Shown: positions 41,803-52,816, counted from the stretch's first letter. The stretch is DNA of 64,000 nucleotides from an uncultured Planctomycetaceae bacterium (GCA_963813715.1 CAWFAK010000017.1:32001-96000), one strand, 5' to 3'. Notes: a model not told the origin generated them from the sequence alone. Numbers and translations are program-made.

Positions 41803-42959
41803 GCGCCGTGCCCGCGCCGCCCGCCACTCTCTCTCCAACCGCGCTGACCGACGCCGTGAAAGCCGAGGCGCTGCGGATCGGTTTCGACCTCGTCGGCATC
41901 GCGCCGGCCACGGCGCCCGGCGGACTCGACAGCTTTCACGACTGGTTGCGGCAGGGCTACGACGGCGAGATGGCCTGGCTTTCGCGTCGAGAGACCGCCT
42001 ACGAGCACCCGCGGCACGTGCTGGACGGCGTCCGCAGCGTGATCATGCTGGCGCTCAACTATCGCACCGAGGATCCGGCCCCGCCCTGCCCCGGCGCGGG
42101 ACGCGTTTCCCGCTATGCCTGGAGCGACGCCGATTATCACGCGGTCGCCCGCGAACGCTTGCGGCGGCTGGCCGATTTTCTGCATGCCCAACAACCGGGA
42201 TGCCGCACGCGGGCGGTAATCGATTCGGCGCCAATGCTCGAGCGGGACTTCGCGCGGGCGGCGGGGCTCGGCTGGTTCGGCAAGAACACGATGTTGATCA
42301 ACAAGCGGCAAGGCAGTTGGATCTTCCTGGCTGGCTTGCTGACCGACGTGGTGCTCGAACCCGATCAGCCGCACGAGACGGCGCATTGCGGCACCTGCAC
42401 CCGCTGCCTCGACGCCTGCCCGACCGATGCTTTTCCGCAGCCGTACGTTCTCGATGCCCGCAAGTGCATCGCCTACCTCACGATTGAGCTTAAAGGTTCG
42501 ATTCCCGAATCCCTGCGCAGCGGCTTGGGGGATTGGCTCTTCGGCTGCGACATCTGCCAGGATGTCTGTCCCTGGAATCACAAATCGCCACGCAAAAACG
42601 ATCCGGCCTTTCACCCACGTGGCGATCTCAATCCGGCCGATCTCGAACGACTCCTCGATCTGGATGAAGCCGGCTTTCGTGAGCAGTTCGGCGCCAGCGC
42701 GCTGGCTCGCCCCGGTCGGAGCGGCCTGCTTCGCAATGCGGCCCTCGTGCTGGGCAATCAGCGGAGTCTGGCGGCCGTGCCGGCGCTCCAGCGAGCGCTC
42801 GGCGACGCAGAGGCGGTGGTCCGCGGAGCGGCCGCCTGGGCCCTGGGCGAGATCGGCGGTGACGTCGCGATCGCGGCGTTGAAAAGCCGACTTTGCGTTG
42901 AAGATAATGCGACCGTTCGTTCGGAGCTCGATGCGGCCCTTCGCGCCGGCCAGGCGTGA
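41799..42959 (+). CDS. queG: Epoxyqueuosine reductase
   Basis: SRYAW..DYH, DSAPMLER, GKNT, CGTCTRCLDACPT, CIAYLTIE, FGCDICQDVCPWN, HEAT repeat tail. Confidence 0.93.
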   Translation: MSAVPAPPATLSPTALTDAVKAEALRIGFDLVGIAPATAPGGLDSFHDWLRQGYDGEMAWLSRRETAYEHPRHVLDGVRSVIMLALNYRTEDPAPPCPGAGRVSRYAWSDADYHAVARERLRRLADFLHAQQPGCRTRAVIDSAPMLERDFARAAGLGWFGKNTMLINKRQGSWIFLAGLLTDVVLEPDQPHETAHCGTCTRCLDACPTDAFPQPYVLDARKCIAYLTIELKGSIPESLRSGLGDWLFGCDICQDVCPWNHKSPRKNDPAFHPRGDLNPADLERLLDLDEAGFREQFGASALARPGRSGLLRNAALVLGNQRSLAAVPALQRALGDAEAVVRGAAAWALGEIGGDVAIAALKSRLCVEDNATVRSELDAALRAGQA

Positions 42960-42976
42960 CCTTCCCGGGAACTTTC

Positions 42977-43780
42977 ATGTCCGAAAAAATCAAAATTGCG
43001 GTGAACGGCGCGGGCGGCCGCATGGGACAGCGGATCATCGCTCTGGCCAGCGCCGACGCGGATCTCGCCGTCACGTGCGCCGTCGAGAACAAGAACTCGC
43101 CCGTTCAGGGCCGCGATGCGGGCGACGTCGCGGGGATCGGACCGATTAACGTTCGCATCCAGCGACAGCTCGACGGTGCGATCGACGTGGTGATCGATTT
43201 CTCCGTCCCGGAATCGCTGGTGGGGCTGGCAGCGCTCTGTGCCGAACGCGAGCTTCCGCTGGTGGCCGCGACGACCGGCCTCACCGAGGCGCAAAAGTCG
43301 GAGATTCTGGCAGCCGGACATGTGATTCCGCTGATTCTCGCCCCCAGCATGAGCCTGGCCGTCAATCTGACGATGAAGCTCGTGCGGGACGCGGCGCGGG
43401 CGCTCGTCAAATACCCGGCCGGCGTCGATGTCGAGATCATCGAGCGGCACCACCGGATGAAGGAGGATGCCCCCAGCGGCACGGCCCTTGAATTCGGTCG
43501 CATCGTCGCCCAGGAAATGGGTCAAACCGAGCATGTGCACGGCCGGCACGGTCGCCCCGGCAAACGACCCCGCACCGAGATCGGCTATCACGCCGTCCGC
43601 GTCGGCGATAACGTCGGCGAGCACACGATCATTTTCGGCCTGATGGGCGAATCGATCGACCTCCACGTCCGCGGCCAATCGCGCGACAGCTATGCCTATG
43701 GCGCGCTGGCCGCCGCCAAATTCCTCGTCACGAAGGGGCCGGGCGTCTACTCGATGGCCGACGTCCTCGGTCTCGGCTGA
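42977..43780 (+). CDS. dapB: 4-hydroxy-tetrahydrodipicolinate reductase
   Basis: GAGGRMG, IDFS.P, ATTG, IIERHHRMKEDAPSGTA, VGEH. Confidence 0.95.
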   Translation: MSEKIKIAVNGAGGRMGQRIIALASADADLAVTCAVENKNSPVQGRDAGDVAGIGPINVRIQRQLDGAIDVVIDFSVPESLVGLAALCAERELPLVAATTGLTEAQKSEILAAGHVIPLILAPSMSLAVNLTMKLVRDAARALVKYPAGVDVEIIERHHRMKEDAPSGTALEFGRIVAQEMGQTEHVHGRHGRPGKRPRTEIGYHAVRVGDNVGEHTIIFGLMGESIDLHVRGQSRDSYAYGALAAAKFLVTKGPGVYSMADVLGLG

Positions 43781-43976
43781 CGCGTGCGGGATTCCTTCGG
43801 GATCGCATTCTCTCCAGTTTGCCAAATCGGCAGATCCCTCAAGTTCCTCACGGTCAGAGACCGATCCATGGGATTGAGTCGGTGCGCCTCGCGGTCGCGC
43901 TTTGATCGCGAGGTCGGCGCCTCGCGGGACGGGGCGCGGCTCTCCCCGGCTCAAATCGAGACTCAGAGGCAGGGAC

Positions 43977-44543
43977 GTGCAAAACGGAGAACAGGCGCCG
44001 CGGGCCCATCTGCATCGACTGCGCGAGTTGCTTGCAGTCGACCGGGCGGCGGGTCTGGCGTGGGCGTTTGTGGCCAGCCGACGCTGGCTCCTCGGCGCCA
44101 TGCTGGCTACGTGCGGCCTCTTGTGCGTTCTCTCCCTGGGGCAAACGAAGCACTCGTTCGTCGCGCCGGCGCCTGATCTGCCGGAAGAGAAGTTTGACGA
44201 CGTCACAAATTTGGCGTCCGCCTCCGCGCCAAGCGGTTCGTGGTTGCATCGCTGGCTGGGGGGCAACGAGAAACCGTCCAACCAGGTGCCCGGTCTCACG
44301 CTCGGCGTGCCTCCGGCCGACGACAGCGAGCCGCCGGAAACGTCGCGTTTGACCCGTCGCTTGGACGCCGTCCGCTCCCGACAAGGTAAGGGCGCGGTGT
44401 TGACCGGAACAATCGACCCGGTGAACACATCGGCCCGTCAGTATTCGAACGCACCGCTACGTCCGCCGGCTCAGGTGCAGGCGCCGCAGACCGCCGACTC
44501 CAATAGCAATACACGCTCCACGCCCGAGTCGGTCTTCCGTTGA
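43977..44543 (+). CDS. Hypothetical single-TM protein
   Basis: TM WLLGAMLATCGLLCVLSL; C-terminal GAVLTGTIDP; stop 19 bp before the ExeA-like gene. Start uncertain. Confidence 0.5.
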   Translation: MQNGEQAPRAHLHRLRELLAVDRAAGLAWAFVASRRWLLGAMLATCGLLCVLSLGQTKHSFVAPAPDLPEEKFDDVTNLASASAPSGSWLHRWLGGNEKPSNQVPGLTLGVPPADDSEPPETSRLTRRLDAVRSRQGKGAVLTGTIDPVNTSARQYSNAPLRPPAQVQAPQTADSNSNTRSTPESVFR

Positions 44544-44562
44544 GAATCCAAGGGGAAAGCTG

Positions 44563-45387
44563 ATGTACGAGCGATATTGGGACCTGGCTTGCCGGCCGTT
44601 CGAAAATCAGTTTTCGACGCCGTTCTTTTTCCACAGCGAGACGCACGAATCCGCGCTGCTCAAGCTGCGGTACGCGATCGAGAATCGCCTGGGCGTCGGC
44701 GTCTTGTGCGGCGGCATCGGCAGCGGCAAATCGGCCGTGGCCGCCGAGCTGACGCACGAGTTGAGCGTCGAGTGCGGCCCGGTGGTGCACGTCCTGTTTC
44801 CACAAATGCCGGCTGCCGATTTTCTCGCCTACCTGGCGTCCAAGCTGGGCGGCGGAGACGCACCGGCCGACTTGCGGACGGGCCTGGACCGCACGCTGCA
44901 GCGCATCGAGAGCGTGCTGCACGACTTCGCCAAGAAAGGGCGTCGGCCGACGATCGTAATCGACGACGCGCATCAGATCGATAACGTGCGCGTCTGGGAA
45001 TCTCTGCAGCTCTTGCTCAACTTCCAGCACAGCGCCGAGTGCGACTTTTCGCTGATCCTGGCCGGCGGCCTCGGCCTGATGGGACGCCTCGAGCGGACGC
45101 CGCAGCTGAACGATCGCGTGGCCGTGTGCAGCGTGCTGGAACCGCTGTCGCGGACGGAGACCATTCGCTACGTCGCGCACCGCATGTCGGTCGCTGGCGC
45201 CAAGCGGGACCTCTTCGACCGCAGCGCGCTGGACGCTCTGTGCGAACGCTCCGGCGGCGTCCCCCGTCGCATCAATCGGCTGGCCGACCTGGCCCTGGTC
45301 GTCGGCTATGCGGACGAGCTGACGGAAATCACGGGCCACGAAATCGATGCCGTGGCGGAAGAATTACCGTTCGCCGCCGCCGCGTAA
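44563..45387 (+). CDS. ExeA family AAA ATPase
   Basis: MYERYWDL..PF, GGIGSGKS Walker A, IVIDDAH Walker B, SGGVPRRINRLAD.AL. Confidence 0.9.
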   Translation: MYERYWDLACRPFENQFSTPFFFHSETHESALLKLRYAIENRLGVGVLCGGIGSGKSAVAAELTHELSVECGPVVHVLFPQMPAADFLAYLASKLGGGDAPADLRTGLDRTLQRIESVLHDFAKKGRRPTIVIDDAHQIDNVRVWESLQLLLNFQHSAECDFSLILAGGLGLMGRLERTPQLNDRVAVCSVLEPLSRTETIRYVAHRMSVAGAKRDLFDRSALDALCERSGGVPRRINRLADLALVVGYADELTEITGHEIDAVAEELPFAAAA

Positions 45388-45404
45388 GTGCGAGGCTTAA
45401 GCGC

Positions 45405-45503
45405 GAAGACCGAATAACGATAGAAACACGAAGCCCGAGGGAGGGTCGACTCCTGCGGGCTTCGGTCGTTTCTTCGTCATTCCCAGTTCGTCATTCATGC
45501 TTC
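45405..45503. repeat. Second heptamer-type hairpin between convergent genes
   Basis: CGAAGCCCG (45429-45437) / CGGGCTTCG (45456-45464); right arm TTCGTCATTC..TTCGTCATTCATGCTTC resembles the 34065-34086 arm. Confidence 0.6.
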
Positions 45504-46111
45504 CGCAGCTGGCTCGCGGTACATGCCGTGCTCGTGGATGTAGACTTCGCACGGCCGCGGAGTCATGAAGCGGATGCTCTTGCCTTCGCGCACGCGGCGC
45601 GGATGTCGGTGCTCGAGAGATCGATGCCCGGCATGGTGACGAGCCGCACCCGATCGGCAACCTTGTGGCCCAACGCGCGGCGCAGTTGATCGAGATCGGG
45701 CAACGGCCGGTCACCCCGGTTGACGGCTACGATCGTCGCCAGCTCGACGATGCCGGCCGGGTCGCGCCAGCCAGGCAGATCGGCGAGCGAATCGGCGCCG
45801 ATCAGAAAGAATAATTCCCGCGACGGATCCTCGGCGTGAATCTCGCGGAGCGTGTCGACAGTGAAACTGCGGCCCGCCCGGCCCAGCTCGAGCCGATTGA
45901 CCTCGAACTGCGGATGGCCGGCAATCGCGAACTCGACGACCTCGGCCCGCTGTTGGCCCGCGGAAATTCCTTCGGCCGCCTTGTGCGGCGGCTGACCGGC
46001 CGGCAGGAACCAGACGCGATCGAGCCCGCATTCTTCGCGGCACCGCTCCGCGAGCAGCAGGTGTCCGAAATGGATCGGATCGAACGTTCCGCCGAGTAGG
46101 CCGAGTCGCAT
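45495..46111 (-). CDS. nadD: Nicotinate-nucleotide adenylyltransferase (frameshift ~45600)
   Basis: GLLGGTFDPIHFGH, PPHK, SFTVDTL, FLIGADS, LSSTDIR; rejoined tail RVREGKSIRFMTP..VYIHEHGMY. Confidence 0.93.
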
Positions 46112-46258
46112 CGTATGAGTCCGTGGGCGAGGCACGCGCCGATCCAGTGTCGATTGGCCGACCGGCCGCCTCGATTCCGGAGAATTGTAGACTCCTCCGG
46201 AACTCGAGAACCAGCCGACACCCTCGATGCCCGTCCATTTCTGTCGACCCGGGTGCTG

Positions 46259-46299
46259 GGATAGCATTGCCGTCGGATAGAATTCCGTCGGATAGAATT
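46259..46299 (+). repeat. Triple GGATAG(C/A)ATT motif including exact 15-bp tandem duplication
   Basis: CCGTCGGATAGAATT at 46270-46284 and 46285-46299, preceded by GGATAGCATT; in nadD/priA divergent region. Confidence 0.7.
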
Positions 46300-46322
46300 G
46301 TCCTGGGAGGGACGCCCGAGAC

Positions 46323-48634
46323 GTGGTGGCAAAGAAAAGTTCGCAGCCGGCTCTGTTCGACGCCGTAAGCTTTCCGCCAGACCCACTGCCGTGGGAGGTG
46401 GCGGCCGAGAACGATCGGCTGGTCGCGCGGCTGGTGTTCAATCGGCCCATCGATACGCCGTTCGACTACCTGGTGCCGGATGGCTTGCGGACGCTGATTG
46501 CGCCCGGGCAGCGCGTCAAAGCACCGTTCGGCAAAGGCGACCGGCACACCGTCGGCTACTGCGTGGCGCATCGCGGCGACGAGCGAGCAAAAGCGGCTCA
46601 AAACGATCGACTCAATCCTCGATCGCCGGCCCCTCGTCTCCGAGAGCATGCTGCGGCTCACGCGGTGGATTGCCGACTATTACCTCTGCAGTTGGGGCCA
46701 GGTGCTTGAATCGGTGGTGCCGGCCGGGGTGAAGCAGCAGGCCGGCACGCGGCTGGTCACGTCGTTTGTGTGCGCAGACCAACCGGCCGGCGACGGACCG
46801 GCTCCCAAGCTGTCGGCCAAGCAAAAAGCTCTGCTGGACGTGTTGGCGACCGCGGGACGTCCGATGGATGCGGCCGAGCTGACGCAAGCGGCCGAATGCG
46901 GCACGGCGCCACTGGCCGCGTTGCGACAAAAAGGCCTGATTCGCGCCGTTCGACATCGCCAGACGCAGGCCCGCCCGACGGAACCGCCGTCGCGCGAAGC
47001 CGATCTGGCGCTCAATGCGGATCAACAACGGGCGCTCGAGACGATTTTGGGTCTCCAGCGCGCCGGCCAGCACCGCACCGTCTTGTTGCACGGCGTCACC
47101 GGCAGCGGCAAGACCGAGGTCTATATTCAGGCGATTCGCGAAGTCGTCAGTTACGGTCGCCAGGCGATCGTGCTGGTGCCGGAAATCAGCCTCACGCCGC
47201 AGACGATCCGGCGGTTTCGCCGCCGCTTTGCTTCAGTCGCCGTGTCTGCACAGTCATTTGAGCGACGCGGAGCGGCACTGGCACTGGCAGCAGATCGCCT
47301 CGGGCAGCGTGGAAGTCGTGATCGGCGCCCGCAGCGCGGTCTTCGCCCCGACGCCCAACCTGGGCTTGATCGTGATCGACGAGGAGCACGAAACGACCTT
47401 CAAGCAGGAGACGACGCCCCGCTATCACGCACGAGACGTCGCGAGGCAACGGGCCCAACTCGAAAACATTCCGCTGATCCTGGGCTCCGCTACGCCGACG
47501 CTCGAATCGTGGCTCCGCGTGCAGCAGGGGCAGGACACGCTTGTCTCGCTGCCCAAGCGAGTCGAGCGCCGGCCGCTGCCGCCGGTAATCGTGGTTGACG
47601 TCCGCAACGATCCAATGGTGCGTCGCGGGGCGGCGATCGGTCGGGCTCTCGAACAGGCGATCCGACACGTGCTTCACGACGACGGCACGGGCCAGATCAT
47701 CTTGTTCCTCAACCTCCGCGGATTTTCGCCGGCCATCTGGTGCCGCTCGTGCGGGGCCAGCGTCAAATGTCCCGACGTGCGACGTCACGCTGGCCTGGCA
47801 CAAGGATCGCGGCAAGGCTTTGTGCCACGTCTGCGACTACGAATGCGACCCGCCCGCCTTCTGTCCCGGCTGCAACCATGCCGGGCTGCGTTACGTGGGC
47901 ATCGGCACGCAGCGGCTCGAGCAGGAAGTGCGGGCGCGGTTTCCCGGGCGTCGCTTGCGTGCGGATGGATAGCGACGCCATGCGAAAGCGCGGCAGCCAC
48001 GACGCGGCCCTCGAGCAATTTCGCCACGGTCACGCCCGCATCCTGCTGGGCACTCAGATGATCGCCAAGGGACTCGATTTTCCCAACGTCACGCTGGTGG
48101 GCGTGGTGAATGCCGACACGATTTTGCATCAGCCGGACTTCCGGGCTTCGGAGCGGACGTTTCAGTTGATTTCCCAAGTGTCGGGTCGGACGGGACGTGG
48201 CCCACGCGGCGGGCGGGTGCTGGTGCAAACGTCCGTTCCGGACGAGCCCGTCCATCGTGTTGGCTTCGAAGCACGATTTTGCCGGGTTCGTGAAACAGGA
48301 ATGGGGACACCGCCAGGCCCTGCTGGCCCCGCCCTGCCGGCAATTCACGCGAATCATCATTCGCGGTGAGCACGAGGACGAGGTCCGCGAAGAGGCCCGC
48401 CGCATTGCGACGCTGTGCAGCGAAACCGCCAAAGCGCAGGCACTCGATGTCCGCTTGCTTGGCCCGGCGCCGGCGCCGATCTCACGGATCAAGGGGCAGT
48501 ATCGCTTCCACGTGATGCTCGCGGCCCCGCAGGGCGATGCCGTACGAACCCTGTGGAGGCAGGTGGCGTCGCAACTTTCACCGCGCGAGGACGTCGAGTG
48601 GACCATCGACGTCGACCCGATCAATTTGCGCTAA
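46323..48634 (+). CDS. priA: Primosomal protein N' (about 5 frameshifts)
   Basis: [49 protein letters not shown], CxxC array, [19 protein letters not shown]. Confidence 0.93.
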
Positions 48635-49065
48635 GACCGGCAATCTGCGCGACGGCCCTCAATCTGCGACAAGACGGGATCGGTCGCTCGCTTTTCGAGC
48701 GACGGGGGGAATGAAAAGTGCGGAATCTTCGCCATCGAATCTTCATCATGCACGCAAGGGCGTGCGGCGCAACGGTTTCGTCCGGTGAACGCGGCCCCAT
48801 GGCCCCCCACAATTTGACGCCCGTTTTTTCCAGCCGATATAATCGGTTGCACTGTCGGAGGTTCCTTATTCGGCGCGGCGCCACGGGCCGATGCCAGCGC
48901 GGTCTCAGCGAGACAGTGACGGATCTTAGGTCAGTGCACTGTCCGGGAGACAGCGACGCAGTCCGGCAACGGTGATCCGGCAGCGACCGGATCAACCTGC
49001 CCCGTTTGACTTTGAGGGGGGCGGGCCCACGTTGAGTCTGCCGCTATTCGGGAAGCTCACAGTCT

Positions 49066-51388
49066 ATGGATTGTCTGCGAACCTCGTTGGCACGCTTGGG
49101 GATCCTCCTCGGGGCCTGTCTGTCTTTGGCGACGCTGGACGCCGCAACGGCGCTCGGGGCGGATCCGCCGGACATCCTCGCCGGCATCAAGAGCGGGGGC
49201 GATAAAGCGGTCGACGCAGCCAAGCCGCCCGAGCAGCCACTCGGGAAGTACATCACGGTCACCAGCCCGGTCGACGACCTGGTCTTCGGCCGCGTGAAAA
49301 ATGCCGTTCTGAACCTGGAGAGCCAGGCCCAGCAGCAGCATCGCAAGGCCGTGCTGATTCTCGAAATCACACACGGGACGACCCCCTTTCATCAGGTCTA
49401 CGGGCTGGCGAAGTTTCTGACGTCGGCGGAGATTGCGGACGTCAAAACGGTCGCCTGGGTCCCCGAAAATGTGACCGGCAACAACGTCGTGATCGCGCTG
49501 GCGTGCAACGAAATCATCATGCACCCCGACGCCGACTTGGGGGACATCGGACAGGGCAAACCGCTCGACCGCGACGAGCAGCAGGACGTGCTGCGACTGA
49601 TCGAGAAGCGGCACAACCCGCTGCTCAGCCCTGCCCTCGTCCTGGGCATGTGCGATCCGCAGCGGGAGACGTTGCGGGCTAAAGTGCAAATGCCGCCGTC
49701 GGGCAAAGACGCCAAGGAAACGACCGAATTTCGTATCGTCACCAAGGACGAACTCGAGCGGCTGCAACGCAGCAAGCTGCCCATTCTCGACGTGCAGACG
49801 ATCAAGGAAGCGGGCGACCTGGGGACCTATTCCGGCAGCAAGGCCCGCGGCCTGGGCGTGCTGACGGTGCAGACCATCCAGACGCGGGGCGAACTTGCCG
49901 ACGTTTACAACCTGCCGCGCGAGGCCCTCCGCGACGACCCGATCGCGGGCGAAAAGCCCCACGTGCAGATGATCAAGGTCGACGGAGTGATCGATTCGGT
50001 GCTCGAAGCATTCCTCGAACGGCAGATCGACCGGGCCGTCGCGGCGGGCGTCAACACGTTGATCTTCGAGATCGATTCCCCCGGCGGCGGCTTGCTGCAG
50101 AGCACGAGTCTCGCCAATGCGATCGCCGACCTCGACCCGAAAAAAATCCGCACGATCGCCTACGTGCCCAAAGGGAAGCAAGCGCTCGAGCGGCGCGGCC
50201 ATCATTGCGCTCGGCTGCGATGAGATCTACATGGATCGCGACGCGCTCACCATCGGCGATGCCGAGCCGATCGAGTTGCGGACGGGGCACCAGTTCGAGC
50301 ACGTTCCGGAAAAAATTCTGAGCAACCTCCGCGAAGTGTTGAAGATCTTGGCCACCCGCAAGGGGCGGCCGCCGGCGCTCGCGGAAGCGATGGCCGACAA
50401 GGATCTCCAGGTCTTTCAAGTCAAGAATCGGCGGACGGGCCGGGTTTGGTACTTGTCGGATGCGGAGATTCAGGCCTCCAATGGCGAGTGGGAGCGAGGC
50501 CTGCCCGTTCCGGAGACGGGGCAAAATCACCTGCTCACGCTCTCGCCGGCCCGAGCCCACGAACTGGGCCTGGCCGAAACGCCGGTCCGCGACTTCGACG
50601 ATCTCAAACAGCGGTTGGGCATTCCGGCCGAAGTGACCGTGGCAGAAGCGAAGCAGACCTGGGTCGATTCCCTGGTGTTTTGGCTCAATACGGAGCTGGC
50701 CCTGTTCTTCCTGGTCGTCGTCGGCTTCATCTGCATCTACATCGAGCTGCACCTGATGACGGGGTTGCTCTCGATCATTGCCGCCCTCTGCTTTGCCCTA
50801 TTCTTCTGGAGCCATTTCCTGGGCGGGACGGCTGGCTGGCTCGAGGTGATCCTGTTCCTGATCGGCGCGACGTGCCTGGCGCTCGAAATGTTCGTGATTC
50901 CCGGCTCGGGTTTCTTCGGCGTGACCGGCGTGCTGTTGATCTTCGCCTCGCTGATTCTGGCCAGCCAGACGTGGGGCAACCTCGAGCCCAACGAAGACTA
51001 CAAGCGGCTCTCGTACACGATGGGCACGCTGGGGGCGTCGATCGTTTCGATCGTGGTGATTGCGCTCGTCACGAGCCGGTTTTTGCCGCACGTCCGCGTG
51101 TTCGACAAGCTCGTGCTCTCGCCGCCGGGCGGTCCGGACATGCAGCGTTTTGGCCCGCGGCTCAATCCCCGCTTGGCTGACGACGGCGCCGGCCACTTCT
51201 CCGAGCATCCCCGCTCGCTGGTCGGCCAGGAGGGAACGGCACTCACCGTGCTGCGTCCGGCCGGCAAAGCCAAGATTCACGGCCGCACGATCGACGTCGT
51301 GAGCGAAGGGCCCTTCATCCAGCCGGAAACTCGGGTCGAGGTGGTGGAGGTCTCGGGCAACCGCGTCGTCGTTCGCCAGATCGTGTAG
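49066..51388 (+). CDS. NfeD family protein with duplicated ClpP/crotonase-like domains (frameshift ~50190)
   Basis: Signal peptide; two S49-like domains (second with IDSPGG, SGAAIIALGCDEI); TM bundle LEMFVIPGSG; OB tail G.A.TVLRPAGKA..DVVSEG..GNRVVV. Confidence 0.88.
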
Positions 51389-51400
51389 GGCATTCCCGCG

Positions 51401-52555
51401 TTATTTGATCACGGCGGGCGCGGCGCCTAAGAGCACCTGGCTGACGAAGTCCCAGCTGTCCTGCAGCATCACTTTCAGGTTGCCTTCGACGAGCACGATG
51501 TCTCCCGGCTGCAGCAGGATGTTTTCGTTCTGCTTGCGGGAGGCTTCGCGGAGGCTGACTTGAATCAGCACGCGGTCGTTTTGCCCGGCAACCTCGCGGC
51601 AAACGAGCACCGAGTCGATCATCTTGTACGTGGCGCCCTGCGCACGGGAAATCGCGTCGAGCACGCGAAACTCGGTCCCGATCGGGAACTCATAGCAGCC
51701 CGGCTTGTGCACCATTCCGGTGACGACCACGCCCGGCGGATCGTGCCGCTCGACGCTGACGACGTCGCCGTCGGCCAGCTCCTGTTGCGCGAGATCGGGT
51801 GAGCCGACCGCCAGATGGACTTCTCGATTTTCCGAGAGCGGCGCGGCCGGCGTATTGAGCAGCGCCGGCTGCGCAGCCTCCAACGGCGTGGAGGCCGCAG
51901 TCGCCTCGGCTCCCGCCGGGGAGACGTCGGGTGTGCGGCGGCTGTGAATGGAGATCGTCGTGCCGGCATCGCGCGAGAGTCCGCCTGCGGCCGCCAGTGC
52001 CGAAACCAGGTTGCTCGACTGGCGCGGCAGCGTATAGAGCCCGGGATGCTGCACCGCCCCCGTGACGGTGATGTGGTGCTGCCGCGGCTGCACGAGCGAC
52101 ACCTGCACGAGCGGTTTTTGGGCGAGCCCCTGCTGGTGGCAAGCCTGCACGACCGCGGCTTGAGAATAATCGGTGGTCACGCCGGCGACGGGAATTTTAC
52201 CCAAGAGGGGCAGTTCGACAGCGCCGTCGCGGCCGACCGTGGTGCGGAGCCGCATCAAGTCCGTGTTGTTTAAGCCGGTCGCCACGAGCACTTCCACTTC
52301 GTCGCCCGCATCGAACTTCGGCGCGGGGTGGTCGGGAGTGCTCGCGGCCAGATCCACGCCGCAGGGCGCCTGCCAGCGCGGGGCCCGCAATTCGCTGGGC
52401 AGCTCTCCAGCCATGTAATGATGCTCGGTCGCCGCGCAGCCGAGCGAAAGGCCCGCGCACAAGAGCGCGACCAAAAGCACGCAGCGCATCGCTCGCGGGG
52501 TCCGGACGGAATTCCGCCGGACGGCGTGCGCCGGGAACGAAAGCATCGTCACCAT
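51401..52555 (-). CDS. Polysaccharide export (Poly_export + SLBB) lipoprotein
   Basis: Lipobox-like LSLGC; GDEVEV, DGAVELPLLGKI.VAG, VTGAVQHPGLY, ALAAAGG, LQPGDIV. Confidence 0.85.
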   Translation of the reverse strand: MVTMLSFPAHAVRRNSVRTPRAMRCVLLVALLCAGLSLGCAATEHHYMAGELPSELRAPRWQAPCGVDLAASTPDHPAPKFDAGDEVEVLVATGLNNTDLMRLRTTVGRDGAVELPLLGKIPVAGVTTDYSQAAVVQACHQQGLAQKPLVQVSLVQPRQHHITVTGAVQHPGLYTLPRQSSNLVSALAAAGGLSRDAGTTISIHSRRTPDVSPAGAEATAASTPLEAAQPALLNTPAAPLSENREVHLAVGSPDLAQQELADGDVVSVERHDPPGVVVTGMVHKPGCYEFPIGTEFRVLDAISRAQGATYKMIDSVLVCREVAGQNDRVLIQVSLREASRKQNENILLQPGDIVLVEGNLKVMLQDSWDFVSQVLLGAAPAVIK

Positions 52556-52648
52556 GGGGGTGGGTGAGGCGTAGGGAAAAAGCAGAAAGGAATTGTGGAG
52601 AGGTTGGAGGGATGCGGACTTTATGCCGACCGCGGCGTGCGTGTCAAC

Positions 52649-52713
52649 GTTAGTTCAGAGGGTTAGTTCAGAGGGTGAGTTCAGACGGTGAGTTCGGACA
52701 GTGAGTTCAGCGG
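52649..52713. repeat. 13-bp tandem repeat x5
   Basis: GTTAGTTCAGAGG x2, GTGAGTTCAGACG, GTGAGTTCGGACA, GTGAGTTCAGCGG. Confidence 0.88.
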
Positions 52714-52816
52714 CGTTAAGGCGGGGAATTCGCGGCGGGTGGGCGCGGCCAAGCCGTCGTAGGTGGGACTGGCCTTGCCAACACGGGCAGGAACACGGCG
52801 GAGGCGGTTGCGGCCG

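Noticed and set aside
46323..48634. priA pseudogene or programmed frameshifting
   Set aside because: All motifs are intact across the breaks, no consistent slippery sites were seen, and the same pattern affects the whole window.
52649..52713. Possible CRISPR array
   Set aside because: Units are 13 bp, contiguous, without unique spacers, and no cas genes are present.
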